This document shows positions 12,140 through 24,754 of a stretch of 64,000 nucleotides of DNA, in pieces. The stretch comes from Epiperipatus broadwayi (lineage: Eukaryota; Animalia; Onychophora). The notes below the pieces were generated by a model. The model was not told the origin of the DNA. It did not search any database and saw only the letters and a program-made list of their open reading frames with translations. Both the position numbers and the translations under genes were made by a program. Position 1 is the first letter of the stretch, and the number at the start of each line of letters is the position of its first letter. The DNA lies in the NCBI GenBank assembly GCA_028023455.1, contig JAQFVV010000008.1, forward strand, positions 16,368,001 through 16,432,000. The letters are read 5' to 3'.

Positions 12140-13055
12140 AAACATTTGCTGGGAATAGGGCATGGGTCCCATGTCACCCAGAACATCCCCAGGTTGCGGA
12201 TAGGGGAATGGCATTCAGATATGAAGTTAACTGCAAATAAGCAGAATATTGTAAATAAACAGTCGCTGTCAATGGAACAACATTCACCATCAGGAAGTGG
12301 TGGAGACAGTGGCATGTTTACTTCTATAAAATCCACAATTCCTATGAAGGTGGATATACAATGGCAAGTGTTGACCGCCATTAAATAAGTCAACATCCCA
12401 CTGGCTGCCAGGTCAGCAACAGCATTCTTCCAAGTCAGCAGTTCACTATAGATGATAATGATGAGGAAAAAGCAGTAGTTGGGTATTCATTTTATGAGAT
12501 TTGACTAGCGCACTAAGCCTATTATGGAGGTTATTGCTGGGCAAAGAAGGCAATAGAAAACCATCATATAATTTCCTTATTTTATTATGAATATGTCTAC
12601 AGGAATCATTATGTTTGGTGTTGAGACCTTAGTTAAGAATGACTTTGGTGTCTGGCCTGGCACAAGTGGACATGAGGCTACTTAGGTTGTCAACCTGTGA
12701 AATCCTCACAAATATAATTCATTGAGAGAAGTTACATCGAGAATTGGAATGTGGAATATTAGATCTTTCAGAAGTGGGAAATTGGAGAATTTGAAAAGAG
12801 AGTTGTACATAAATAATATTGATGTTATGGGATTAAGCAAAGTGAGGTGGGTGAGATGTAAAGAAGTAAGTAGTGGAGATGTGAAGTTATTTTTTGGGTG
12901 GTGATGGGTCAATTAATGAAGTTGGCATTGCTGTGGGGAAGAAAATTTGGAATAGTTTGGTAAAAAATTGATTGTATTATCGATAGACTGATAGTGATGA
13001 GAATAAATGCAAGTCCTAGGGATTTGGTAATTATACAAGTTTATATATCAACTAG
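12140..13055 (+). mobile_element. RTE-clade LINE A, 5' part (GC-richer leader plus endonuclease N-terminus)
   Basis: RIGMWNIRSFRSGKLENLKREL..DVMGLSKVRW, ending at VIIQVYIST where element B interrupts. Confidence 0.85.
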
Positions 13056-15547
13056 GGAGACTTTAATGCTAGAATTGGTAAACAAATGAAAGATGAAAAT
13101 GCTGTAGGTAATTTTAGTTATGGTAATAAAAATGAGAGAGGACATAGACTTGTGGAGTTTGCAGAAAAAGAAAAACTTTATATTATGAATTCTTTTTTTG
13201 AGAAAAATGTTAAAAGGAAATGGACATGGAAGCATCCAAATGAAGGTACAGCAGAATTCGATTATATTTTGACTAACAGAAAATACATATTTCAAGATTG
13301 TAATGTTCTTAATAAATTTAACACAGGAAGTGATCATCGATTAGTAAGATGTAAGATACATGTTAATGCAAAACTAGAGAGACAAAAATTATTAAGAAAA
13401 ATAATATTTACAGTTGATATTGATTGTAATGTTCTTAATAAATTTAACACAGGAAGTGATCATCGATTAGTAAGATGTAAGATACATGTTAATGCAAAAC
13501 TAGAGAGACAAAAATTATTAAGAAAAATAATATTTACAGTTGATATTCCTAATCTTCAGAAACATTCTAATGAATTTAAATTAGAACTTACAAATCGGTT
13601 TCAAGTATTAGTAGATTTTGAACATGATCCAGATTTGAATGACATTAATAGGAAAATAACTGATACAATTTTAAAAACTGCAACAAAGATAGCTGGTAAA
13701 AAGCAGCAATTGACCAATAAAATTTCTACTGAGACTAGAGAATTTATGAAGAAAAGAAGGAATATGAGGATATACAACAATGATGCATTAAAAAAGACTG
13801 ACTATCTTGAATTTTGTAAAATGATGCGGAAAAGAGTTGAAAATGATATAAGAAAGTATAATTGTGAACTAGCAAGGAAAGCTGTAGAAGAGAATAAAAG
13901 TCTAAAGAGTGTAAGACAACATTTTGGTATTGGTAGGAAATGTATATCTGCAATAAGAAAAAAAGATGGTATTATTACTAAAAAGAGAGATGACATCATG
14001 AAATGTGTAGAAGACTTCTATCAAGAATTATATAGTAATAAAGAACAAGTGCCTCATATACCTATTATATCTTCCAAATTGCCCAGAATTTTGAATGAGG
14101 AAGTGAGACATGCAATTAAATTTATGAAGAAAGGGAAGGCCCCAGGCAATGATGGAATTATAATTGATATATTAAAAGAAGCAGGTGAAGAAATAGAAAT
14201 TTTTTTAGCAAAGTTATATACAAAATGTCTAAATGATAAAGATGTACCAAATGATTGGAAGAATGCTGTATTAATATTAATATTTAAAAAAAGTGATAAA
14301 GAAGATATTAGAGATTACAGACCTATCAATCTTTTATCAGTTGTATACAAAATTTTTACTAAGATAATTACAACTCGTCTACAGAAAACACTGGATTTCC
14401 ACCAACCAAGAGAACAAGCTGGATTTAAAAGTGGTTTTAGTGCAGTAGATCATATCCAGGTATTGAATGAAGTTATAGAAAGGACAAATGAATATGAATT
14501 GCCATTATGCTTAGGATTTGTAGATTATGAAAAGGCATTTCATTCTATAAACATTTCTTCAGTGATTAAAGCATTGGATCATCAAGGTGTAGATCCAGGA
14601 TATTGTCATATTTTAAAGAATATTTATAAAAATGCAACAGCAACAATTATATTACATAATGATAGTAGGAAAATCAACATTGAAAAGGGTGTAAGACAGG
14701 GTGCCTCCATATCTCCAAAACGTTTTACAGCAGTGCTGCAAGAAGTATTTTGTGGATTAAAATGGGAAGCTAAAGGAGTGAAAGTAAATGGGTATTATTT
14801 AAGTCATTTAGATTTTGCAGATGATGTAGTTGTTTTTGCAAATAATGCTTTATGGCTACAGGAAATGTTGCAGGAGTAATCAGATGAAAGTAGAAAAGTA
14901 GGACTAAAGATAAATAATAAAAAGACTAAAGTAATGTTTAATAGATTTTCTCAAAATATGAAAATAAAGATTGATTATGATGAGTTAGAAGAAGATAACA
15001 GTTACAAATACCTTGGTCAGATTATTAATACAAATGGAAACATAATGGATGAAATTAATCATAGAATTAAACTTGGTTGGAGTGCTTTTGGTAGAAATAA
15101 CTTGATACTAAAAGGAAATATGCCTATGTGTTTGAAAAGGAAGGTTTTTAATAAATGTGTTTTGCCAGTTCTTACTTATGGATCTGAGACTTGGACACTT
15201 AATAGAAGAGCAATACAGAGACTTCAGAACACTCAAAGATGTATGGGGAGATGCATGTTGGGAGTAACAAGAAGAGATCAAAAACACAATGTATGGGTAA
15301 GAAAACAAACAGGTGTTACAGACCTCATTGAAAAAATTAAAAGACTGAAGTGGAGTTGGGCTGGACATATTGTTAAAAGAGATGATAATAGATGGACAAT
15401 TGAAATTTTAAACTGGATTCCAAAAGATTGTAAAAGACCGAGAAAGAGACCACACATGAGATGGATGGATGAAATAAAAAAGTGTGCAGGGGTGATGTGG
15501 AGAAGAGAAGCTAAAGATAGGAAAAAATGGATTGAACTTGGAGAGAC
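13056..15547 (+). mobile_element. RTE-clade LINE B copy 1 (EN C-terminus plus RT), truncated at both ends and nested in LINE A
   Basis: 597-aa ORF with GDFN just upstream, GSDHRL, YRPINLL, QPREQAG, VRQG and FADD; 205-aa continuation after one stop; homologous to 47460-49820. Confidence 0.95.
13296..13547. repeat. Perfect 126-bp in-frame tandem duplication inside LINE B
   Basis: 13296-13421 equals 13422-13547; the 42-aa peptide DCNVLNKFNTGSDH..FTVDI appears twice in the ORF. Confidence 0.97.
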
Positions 15548-18075
15548 CTAGTAGTCATGACGATATTGAAATCGATGAAATACATGAGAAGATAGAAGAA
15601 AGTATTCAATGTGAAGGAAAAAATGCATGTACATTGTTATTGGAGGATTGAAATGCTGTTGTGTGGAAAAATAGGGATGGGAAATTTGTTGGAAATTATG
15701 ATATTGGAAAAAGAAATGATAGAGTTAGTCGGCTTGTACAATTTTTTAAAGAGAATGGGTTTATCATTGCAAACACTTATTTTAAAAATCATATTAGAAG
15801 ATTGTGTACATGGAAAGCTCCAGGTGACAGATAACTTTATCAAATTGATTATATATTGATTCAGAATATATATAAGAATGCTATTAAGGGTTTACATACT
15901 TTGCCTAGTGCTGATATAGATTCAGATCATAATTTGATTATGACTAAATTAAAGTTGAGTTTAAAAAGAATTAAAAGAGGAAAAAGATACGCAATATGGG
16001 GCTTGGATAAATTGAGACAAATGGGAAAAGGAAAATTTGTTTAGTATCTTCAGGATGAGAAATATATTAATAGCCCTGATGAGTGTTGGAATTGAATTAA
16101 AAAAAGTTTCTTAAAAACAGCAAAAAATGAAATAGGTATTATTCATGCAAGGAAAGCTAAACAATCTTGGATAACTGAAAGTATGTTGGAAAAGATGGAA
16201 GTGCAGAAACAATGGAAGAATGTAAATATTGAGGAAAGGGAAAAGGCATATAACAAATTTAATAATGAACTAAGAAGAGAAACAGATTTAGTTCATTATA
16301 AGAAGAGAAACAGATTTAGCAAAAGAAAAATGGTTGGAGAAAGAATGTAAAGAGATAGAAAGGCTTCAACAGGTAAAAAGATATGATCTGGTATTTGATA
16401 GAATATAAAGTATCACTTGAGAGAAAAAGATATGAGTAGCAAGTGACATTGCAAATAAGAATGGAAGATTAACTGATAGCAATTATATATTTAAAAAAAA
16501 TATCTTCAGTGTCTGTTTGGTAGAGGAAATAATTTAATTAATTATGAACTTGAAAATGAAGAATATGTTGAAATAGATGATAGAGGCATGGACATATTGT
16601 CGGATGAAGTAAGAAAGGCAATCGCACAAATGAAGAATGGTAAGGCTGTTGGATTTGATGCAATACCTATAGAATTTTTGAGAGAAATGGGAGAAATTTA
16701 CTACGAAGGAAATAGTTGGACTTTGCAATTTGATATGTAATAGTGGAGTTTGGCCTGAAAATTTTTTTTAAGAACTATAATGATTCCAATTGCTAAAAAG
16801 AAGACAGCTGCTAAATGTGAAGAGTATAGAACAATAAGTTTGTCGTCTCATGCTTCTAAAGTTTTATTGAGGATTTTAACTCAAATGATTTATGGGAACG
16901 TAGATTATTATATTGGTGAAGAACAGTTTGATTTTTGGAAAGGGAAAAGCACAAGAGATGCTATTGGTATTGTTAGGACAATTGCGGAGATATATTGAAA
17001 AAGATAAAGGAATTGGTATATGTTTTGTAGATTTAGAAAAGGCATTTGATAGAGCAGTCTGAAATAAAATGATGTCCACCTTAAGAGATAAAGGGGTATT
17101 TTGGAAAGAAAGACGATTGACTTTGACTATGTATAATGGTCAAAGGATAAGAGTTAGATTTGGGAGTAATATGACTGATGAAGTGAATATAGAAAAGTGG
17201 AGTTAGGCAAGGATATAGTATGTTACCTGTTCTGTTTAATATTTATTTAGAAGACATGCTAAATAATTGTTTGGATTGTGAAGGAGCAAATGTTGGAGGA
17301 AGAGTAATAAAGTGTATAAGATATGCAGATCATATGGCTCTTATTGCTGAGGAGGAAAAGGGTCTTCAGAATATGTTGAATAAATTGGAAGAAGAATGTA
17401 TGGCATATGGAATGAAGATTAATATTGAAAAGACTAAGTGTTTATGGACAGAGAGAAATGCAAAAAGATGGCAAATTGGAATCCATGATGACATGGTTCA
17501 ACAGGTGAAGGGATTTAGATATTTGGGTAGTTGGCTGAGTGAGGATGAAACTAAAAGAAGAATAGCATTGGCAAAAGAGACATTTGTAAAGAGAAAGAAG
17601 ATATTTTGTGGACCTTTGGAAAGGGAATTAAGGAAGATATTAATTAAATGTTATGTGTGGAGTGTATTAATGTATGTCTGTGAGACATGGACACTGAGTA
17701 ATAGAATTAAGAAATGATTGGAAGCCTTTGAGATGTGGGCATGGAGAAGAATGGAAAAAATCAGTTGGATGAATAAAATAACAAATGTTTTGAAAAGCGT
17801 AAATGAAGAAAGAAGATTGACTGAGAATATCAGAGAAAGATTAACTGGATTGGACATATATTAAGAAGAAATTATAATTTAATGAAAGATGTTTAGAAGG
17901 GAATGCTGAGTGGAAATAAAAAGGACAGAAGAGATTGACATTATTGGATGATATAAGAGAAAGGAAGACTTCTGTCGAATTGAAGAAATGAGCAAGGAAG
18001 AGAATGAAATGGAAAAATGGATGAATTGATGTGATTACTCTCTGGACCTGTCTATTGGACAGAATACTATTGAAT
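15548..18075 (+). mobile_element. RTE-clade LINE A, 3' part (rest of EN, RT, 3' end), decayed
   Basis: Resumes with SSHDDIEIDE; then DSDHNLIM, KCEEYRTISLSSHASKVLLRIL, PVLFNIYLE, YADHMAL and YVCETWTL; many stops. Confidence 0.9.
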
Positions 18076-19649
18076 GATTGATAGAAATTATTTATAAAAG
18101 AAAATCAATAAAGCATATATAAAATTACATACCAATAAAATTGAAATATAAAAAAAAATTATAACCTTATGTCTATCTTTAGAACAGTTCATATAAATGT
18201 TTTACCTTCAATCCATAGTGATGTCAATATAAGGCTATTACTTTTTGTACAGATTATGTATAAATGTGTACATGGCATGTTGACTTCATTGGTCAGTTAG
18301 CACATGCTGGTTATAGGTTCATGCTGATACAGCTTCAGATACAACAACTGAAGTGAATTCTGAATTCATTTTCAAGACACACATATAACATGAGATCAAA
18401 ATACCCAAGAACAGCAGACACAGAAGAGTAAGTAGAATAAGCAATTAAATGATTTTTAGCTGGTTTTTTATAGACCTACTATTCATTGACTTCCTCAGAA
18501 ATTTAAGGAATCTCCCTAATCCGCAAACCAGATAAGACAGCAAATATTTAATTAATTAAGACATTCCAAACTTAATTACATTAATCTAATACTTTTAAGA
18601 TTTTAATTAATAACAAACTGATTAAAACTGTTAAAGAAACTTTTGCTGATTAAGCATTTTTTTCTGAACTATACAAAAAATATTTTTTCAAAAGATAATA
18701 AATTTGTTTACAAAGTCCACTTTTTAAAAAATTATTAGATTGACATAGATTGAGTTAACTTTAAAACCTTTTTACTATTAGTGCATGTATATACATAATA
18801 CTGCACTCATCAAAAATACAACTCAAATAGAAAAAAAAACACAACTTAAATTAAAATTAAGTTTGCTTAGCCAACACTAACTACCAGCATATAAATTATT
18901 ATTGAGATAGGCAAAGCATCTCAATATATATATATATCAAATCAAAACAGAAATAAATTACACTTCCATGAACTGTAAATAAATAATCATCTTTACATGA
19001 ACAAATGATAATATAACAGACTCATCTATTTTTAAAACTATCAAATAAGTTTGATTTAATAGCACTGTAGAATATTTCTAATAGTTATAATGCAGTGTGG
19101 GCAGATATACACATACTTAGGTGATTGTAAATAAAGATATTTTATTTAATGTAAGTACAATGACACAACATATGAATAAATTTACCCCTCATTAATTACA
19201 CTCTAAAAAAATTACGTAGCATAAGCATGCATCAGACTTAATGCATGTATGTTAAAATATACAGATTAATGCAGAAACTGGATATAAAAACTGCAAATAA
19301 TCTAAATGTGTAAAAGATGTCATGTCAAGATAACACTCATAAATAAACACCATTTGCTAAGCATGTATGTAAAACATTTATACACCGATTGAAGATAAAT
19401 CTACAAATAGAGATCTTATTTTCTAAAAAAATTAAATGCATTAATTTTTGTCTTAATATATATGTATTATTTTGTTATGAGTGAATAAACTCTTGTTTAA
19501 GTTTTATTTACATTACTATTTCAATATTATAAATGTATTGATGTGACAAAACTGGTATTGTAAATAATACCCCTGGGGAAACCAGCACACTATTGAAAAT
19601 TCAGACTGATATTAATATTTTAACCAAATGTTAAATACACTTTTAAATT

Positions 19650-22600
19650 TCTTCCCTAAACTGAGATTTTGTTACCATAATTTTATTATCTATAATTTGT
19701 TTATTATTTGTGATCAACAATAGCACATAGATCTGTAATTTATTGCCATTAACATTTCTACAGGTGATTTCTTTATAGTAGGAGTTGGTGTAAAATGTTG
19801 GTAAACATTACAGTTGTTACTGCTTTGTCTATGGTATTGTACTGCTACTTCAGTGAATTCTGATACAGAAGTGCCAAAATATGACATATTCCCTGACTAA
19901 AAACTTTTCAATTGTTGCAATGTAAAGCCAATTCCATTATCCGAAATTTAATATTTCATGATACTTTTCATGTCAAGATATTCTATCTACCTAAAATAAT
20001 CATCAATAATTACCAAAAGAATGTGGCCTTTAAAAAAACCAGCATGTCCATAAGTACATGTTGCCAAAGTTTAATCGTCTGGGGTGCAATCAAATTCCTT
20101 TTGTGGTAATCTAGCAGATGATTCATAAACAGTAACTGTGAAGAGCTTAATTCTTGCACATATATATGATCTTGCCAATGATTTGACTTTAACAATACTA
20201 GGATGTCCTTCATGCAAAAATTTTACAAGCTATCTTCTACTTGCTATAAATATCAATACTTAGTCCATATACAAAATACATTCTTTGCACATTGATAAAC
20301 ACAAACATTCCAAATCTATAATATTACATAACTTAGTCAGCAATGAAGCCATTTATTTACTAATTCATAACCAGTATCCTCATTTATTCACTTATCTACT
20401 ACTGCATTATTTAACATAGCAGAATCTATTACATCTACATAATTTACATTGTAGTTACTGCTTTATAAATGAATCAAATTCATATGAAACAAGTGTATCC
20501 ATTGGTTCAAGTGATTGGGCATTTGCTAAAATTTCTATTATTCATATAAATCTTAAAATTGTAAAAATTGATGAAACTTTCTAATGGCATATGTGATAGC
20601 CAGGGCTTCCCTATCCAGCTGGCTATAGTTCTTTCAGTCACTGACAATGTTATGGGCGTATAAGCAATTGGGAGCTCACCTCCATAAATCAAATGCAAGT
20701 TAACAACTCCAACATTGTATTCAAAAGTATAAATAGTTAAAACTTTCTTAGTTATCACTATAATGTATAAGTAATTCATGAGATGTTAATACTTTTTTTT
20801 TATCAAAAACTCTCTTGTACAATACTCCATTTCATCACTATTTCTTCTTAAGTAAATCATACAATAAAGCCATTGCAAGTGCTTTCCCTTTTAAAAAACT
20901 CAAAAAATTTAACAACTCAAAGAAAGCTTGCAATTCCTTTATATTTTAGATCTGAGTGCATTTTTAACAGCAATAATGTTTTCTGGATTTGGATACTTAA
21001 ATTTACTAATAATCACAACCTAAAAATAATTTCAGTAATACTCCAAATATGCTTTAATGTATTTCAATGCGCTCCAAATTTCTATAAATGCTCACAAACT
21101 TCATTTGGCTTCCATTTCAGTTGTAATTAATATGTTAAGAAGATATGAGACAACTTCTTATATCGCTTGTAACAATCCATCCATCTTCACCTGAAGCAAA
21201 TTTAAGGTTATTATTATCCCAAACAGAAATTTATTATACTTAAACAATTCAAAATCTGTATTTATTGTCAAAAGTTCAACTGTCCTAGTTGTTACTATAA
21301 TCTAATGAAAAATAGACTATAAGTCTAGCTAAGCAAAAAAGATGTTCTTTGAACCAAAATTAAAATTTCTGATATTTAGTACAGGATATACACTCTTTGT
21401 ATATTTATTGTAATTTGATAATTGCCACATAACCAATTATCCCAACAGATTTTAAAGTCACTGTCACTACTACCAGTGGTGCCAGATTGATTCTTCCCCA
21501 GATGGAATTATATCTTTATCTACTAAATCTCTAAGTTTCTTTCATCTTAGATTTCAAAGCAAAAGGGATTACAGAAGATAAGATGGGCATTTTTCATTAA
21601 CCAATATCTATTGACTGCATATTTAATTCTATTGGACCAGATTTAAACAATTCTGCAAATCTTTGACTCAAGTTTTACTTGTTTATTTTTGTGCCCAGTG
21701 GTTCAAACCTGCTTCTATCTAAAATTGAGCTTATTATCTTTTGTGACTATGTATAAAAGCAGATTCCTTATTTATTTATTTTCATTGGTTCATTTACGAT
21801 CCCAATCATGTCTATGAAATTTCACATGACACTAGAATAATTGTTTTAGATTCCTTATTTATTTATTTTCATTGGTTCATTTACAATCCCAATCATGTCT
21901 ATGGAATTTCACATGACACTAGAATAATTGTTTTAGTTTCTTTTGTAATTTTTAAACAATTTATTTTTTTGATAAAAACAAAACATCACTCTGCTGTAAA
22001 TCTTCATTTTAACTTCCTTTTCATAAACTAAAATCTCAACAAGATTTGACCATTTCCATTTATATTTAGCCATTTGATATTAGTTTCTTGTTTACTATTT
22101 CCTCTCCTAGATTGTTAAATAGGCAGTTAGCAACTTTTTTTTTCTTTGACTTTTTAATACAAATTTAGAATAAATGATCCATAATACTACATGATATCAA
22201 TTTTTTTTATATTCACATTCATTTTTTAAGAGTCCTATTTTCCAAAACAATACAATTCTCCAGTAATAGTAGCAATATTTTGTTTAATTTTCTTTTTTGT
22301 TTTCTCTGAGTCTAGTTATAAACATTTGTTTTGAGGTTTGTAAACTTCATAACACTTTTGATCTCTCAAATTTGTTTTACTATACTTCCATATGGTAGAC
22401 ATTTTTCAATAGTCCTTCAAATAGATTGATTCATTCAACAATTGCTGCCTGATCTTATTATCAATCATCCACATAATAAATGATCAAGCAGCATAACCTC
22501 TCACCCATAATCTAAACTATACACTTTCACAAGGATAAACAGTCCCACATCAAATTCCTTCACATTTTTGTTTACTGCTTGGCTTCTATTCCTGAATTAC

Positions 22601-22700
22601 AGACATGCTTAATGCCTAGATACTAGTTATTTTTCAAATGATTCATTTTAAGTATATGTTTAGAGATTTTAGCATAACAAAGTCAGTTATCTACCTGTAA
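19650..22700 (-). mobile_element. Decayed Gypsy LTR retrotransposon internal region (gag, RT, RNase H, integrase)
   Basis: Minus strand: DNKIRQQLLNE (gag), CGNYQITIN (RT), GELPIAYTPITLSVTER (RNase H), LHEGHPSIVKVKSLARSY (integrase). No LTR pair recognised. Confidence 0.8.
21761..21935. repeat. 87-bp tandem duplication
   Basis: AGATTCCTTATTTATT..GAATAATTGTTTT occurs twice with 2 substitutions. Confidence 0.95.
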
Positions 22701-23785
22701 TAGTCATTTGCCTATTAACTATATCAGTGTCACAATTTTTACCTTTTCATCTACTACATTATTTATTAGCGTGACCTTTCCATTTGAATAACTTATATTT
22801 TCCAATTTCTGGATTATTTATATCAAATTCAACAATAGAATTAGTTAGCAATGTCATTATTAGTTTCTATCTGACTCATGTTCTATAGCTAATCTGTTTG
22901 CTAAACACCATTTCCAAGCTTAAAGGTCACTATAGTTTTAAACATTCCTGACATAAATGGTCAGTTGCCTGCCTTAATTGCAATAACCAGGGATAACTAG
23001 ATTTATATAATGGTCTAACTGCTAATTGATACATGTAGGTTATTCAACATATTCACAGTTTAACTTCTCCCATAAGAACACAGTCCTAGGCTCATTAATT
23101 ACAGGTTGAATAAGGATAAAAAATCATACAAGAACATAACTATATAGGCGAAAGGTTTATGTTTTGCATTATACTTTGCATAGGACTAATATTAATGGCA
23201 TGGAGAATTCTAATATATAATAAATAACTTTAGGTATAATACACATTCCTACATACATTACTTCAATAATTTGTATACATTTGATAACATTTTACTTGAA
23301 GACTTACAACTTAACAAAAGATCTGGATAACTTGTACAAACCTTAGATCTATTTCTCAACTTATTGAGTGGATCTCTTTAAGACAAAAACTCTGCGAGTT
23401 CCCTGGCTTATCTTCTATCTACTCTGCTATGCATTTTAGATTCTAGTAATAAATCATTTTCTAGGAGTCACATAATTTTGGAGGAAATCAATTATCTTTA
23501 TCTGTTTTATTCATTGTCCAAAAAAATTAAAAAAACATGACTTATCATTACTTATAGATGTTCTTTCATTACTATTCTTTATCCTTTTAATAAGTTTTTT
23601 AATAGCCTTTTTAACCCTTTTATTTAGAGCAATTAATCTGTTAAATACATATAGTTATACATATTTTTAGTTACAAATATTTTTCTATAAGATATCAAAT
23701 ATATAGTCAAATTATTTATACATATAATTTCCATCATTTTTCCAATTTATAAACACACTTTACCATATACCAATATAACAATTAC

Positions 23786-23989
23786 ATTTGTTAATCATCT
23801 TAACATTAAATAGCCAAACAGTTGCAAAAATAATGTCTCAATATATATATAAATTAATTTTTAATATCATAAATGTATTGTGAAATCTATTTGTTAATCA
23901 TCTTAACATTAACCGAACAGTTGCAAAAATAATGTCTCAATATATATACAAATTAATTTTTAATATCATAAATGTATTGTGAAATCTAT
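23786..23989. repeat. About 103-bp tandem duplication
   Basis: ATTTGTTAATCATCTTAAC..GTATTGTGAAATCT occurs twice with few differences. Confidence 0.95.
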
Positions 23990-24616
23990 TTTCTATTGTT
24001 GATTAGTAGAATCTCATAAAATTTTAGTCAATTGAATAATTCAACTCATCAGCAGTTTTGACTAAATACTTATAATATAATTTTATTAATTATTTTGTAA
24101 GAATAAATATGCAAATTGATAAATTATAAAACAGATGCACTTTATGAATGTTGTTCACGCTCTGATATAAACATGAATTTAATAAAAAATATTAGATATT
24201 TGATGACTTTTGATAGATGGACTAGTCAAGTTATCTAATTAAATAAGACTGTCCAATGAAATTAGTACAGTAGATTATACATAGTTTTAATAATCAGTAG
24301 ATTGTTCATGTACTAAGTTGATTAATTTTGTATAGTTAAGAATATACATATTGCTATATCTTAAGTCACTAATCTCAGGAGTAAAAATACATTTAATAAG
24401 GAATATTATTTTTTGAGGACACAAACAAGACAGCAACTCATTTCAATTTATACAATTGAATATACATGTTAATATATACAAGTATAATATATATATAGAT
24501 ACATGAATCAATAGCTATTCTAATTTATATAACCCAATCACAGATTAGGAATATAAGTCCTTTCATTTAATAAGTCTATTAGCTAATATTAAAATACTAA
24601 AGGCAGTAACATTTAC

Positions 24617-24652
24617 CTTTACCATCATCACAATCCTTTATGTCTGGTAGTC
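24617..24652 (-). CDS. Candidate 36-bp micro-exon (GLPDIKDCDDGK) of the unidentified minus-strand gene
   Basis: ttaag acceptor and gtaaat donor; phase 1-1; joins in frame to the exon at 29332-29556. Confidence 0.55.
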
Positions 24653-24754
24653 CTTAAGGCATTTAAAATAATAATAAAATTTGGGTGATTTGATAAGACT
24701 CTAAGCAGCTTATTGTTTATGTTTTGATGAGTTTCATCGCTTAAATTGTTTAAA

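Noticed and set aside
24020-24070. Minus-strand CTGATGA followed by a 6-bp hairpin
   Set aside because: GAAA and stem III are absent; at best a relic.
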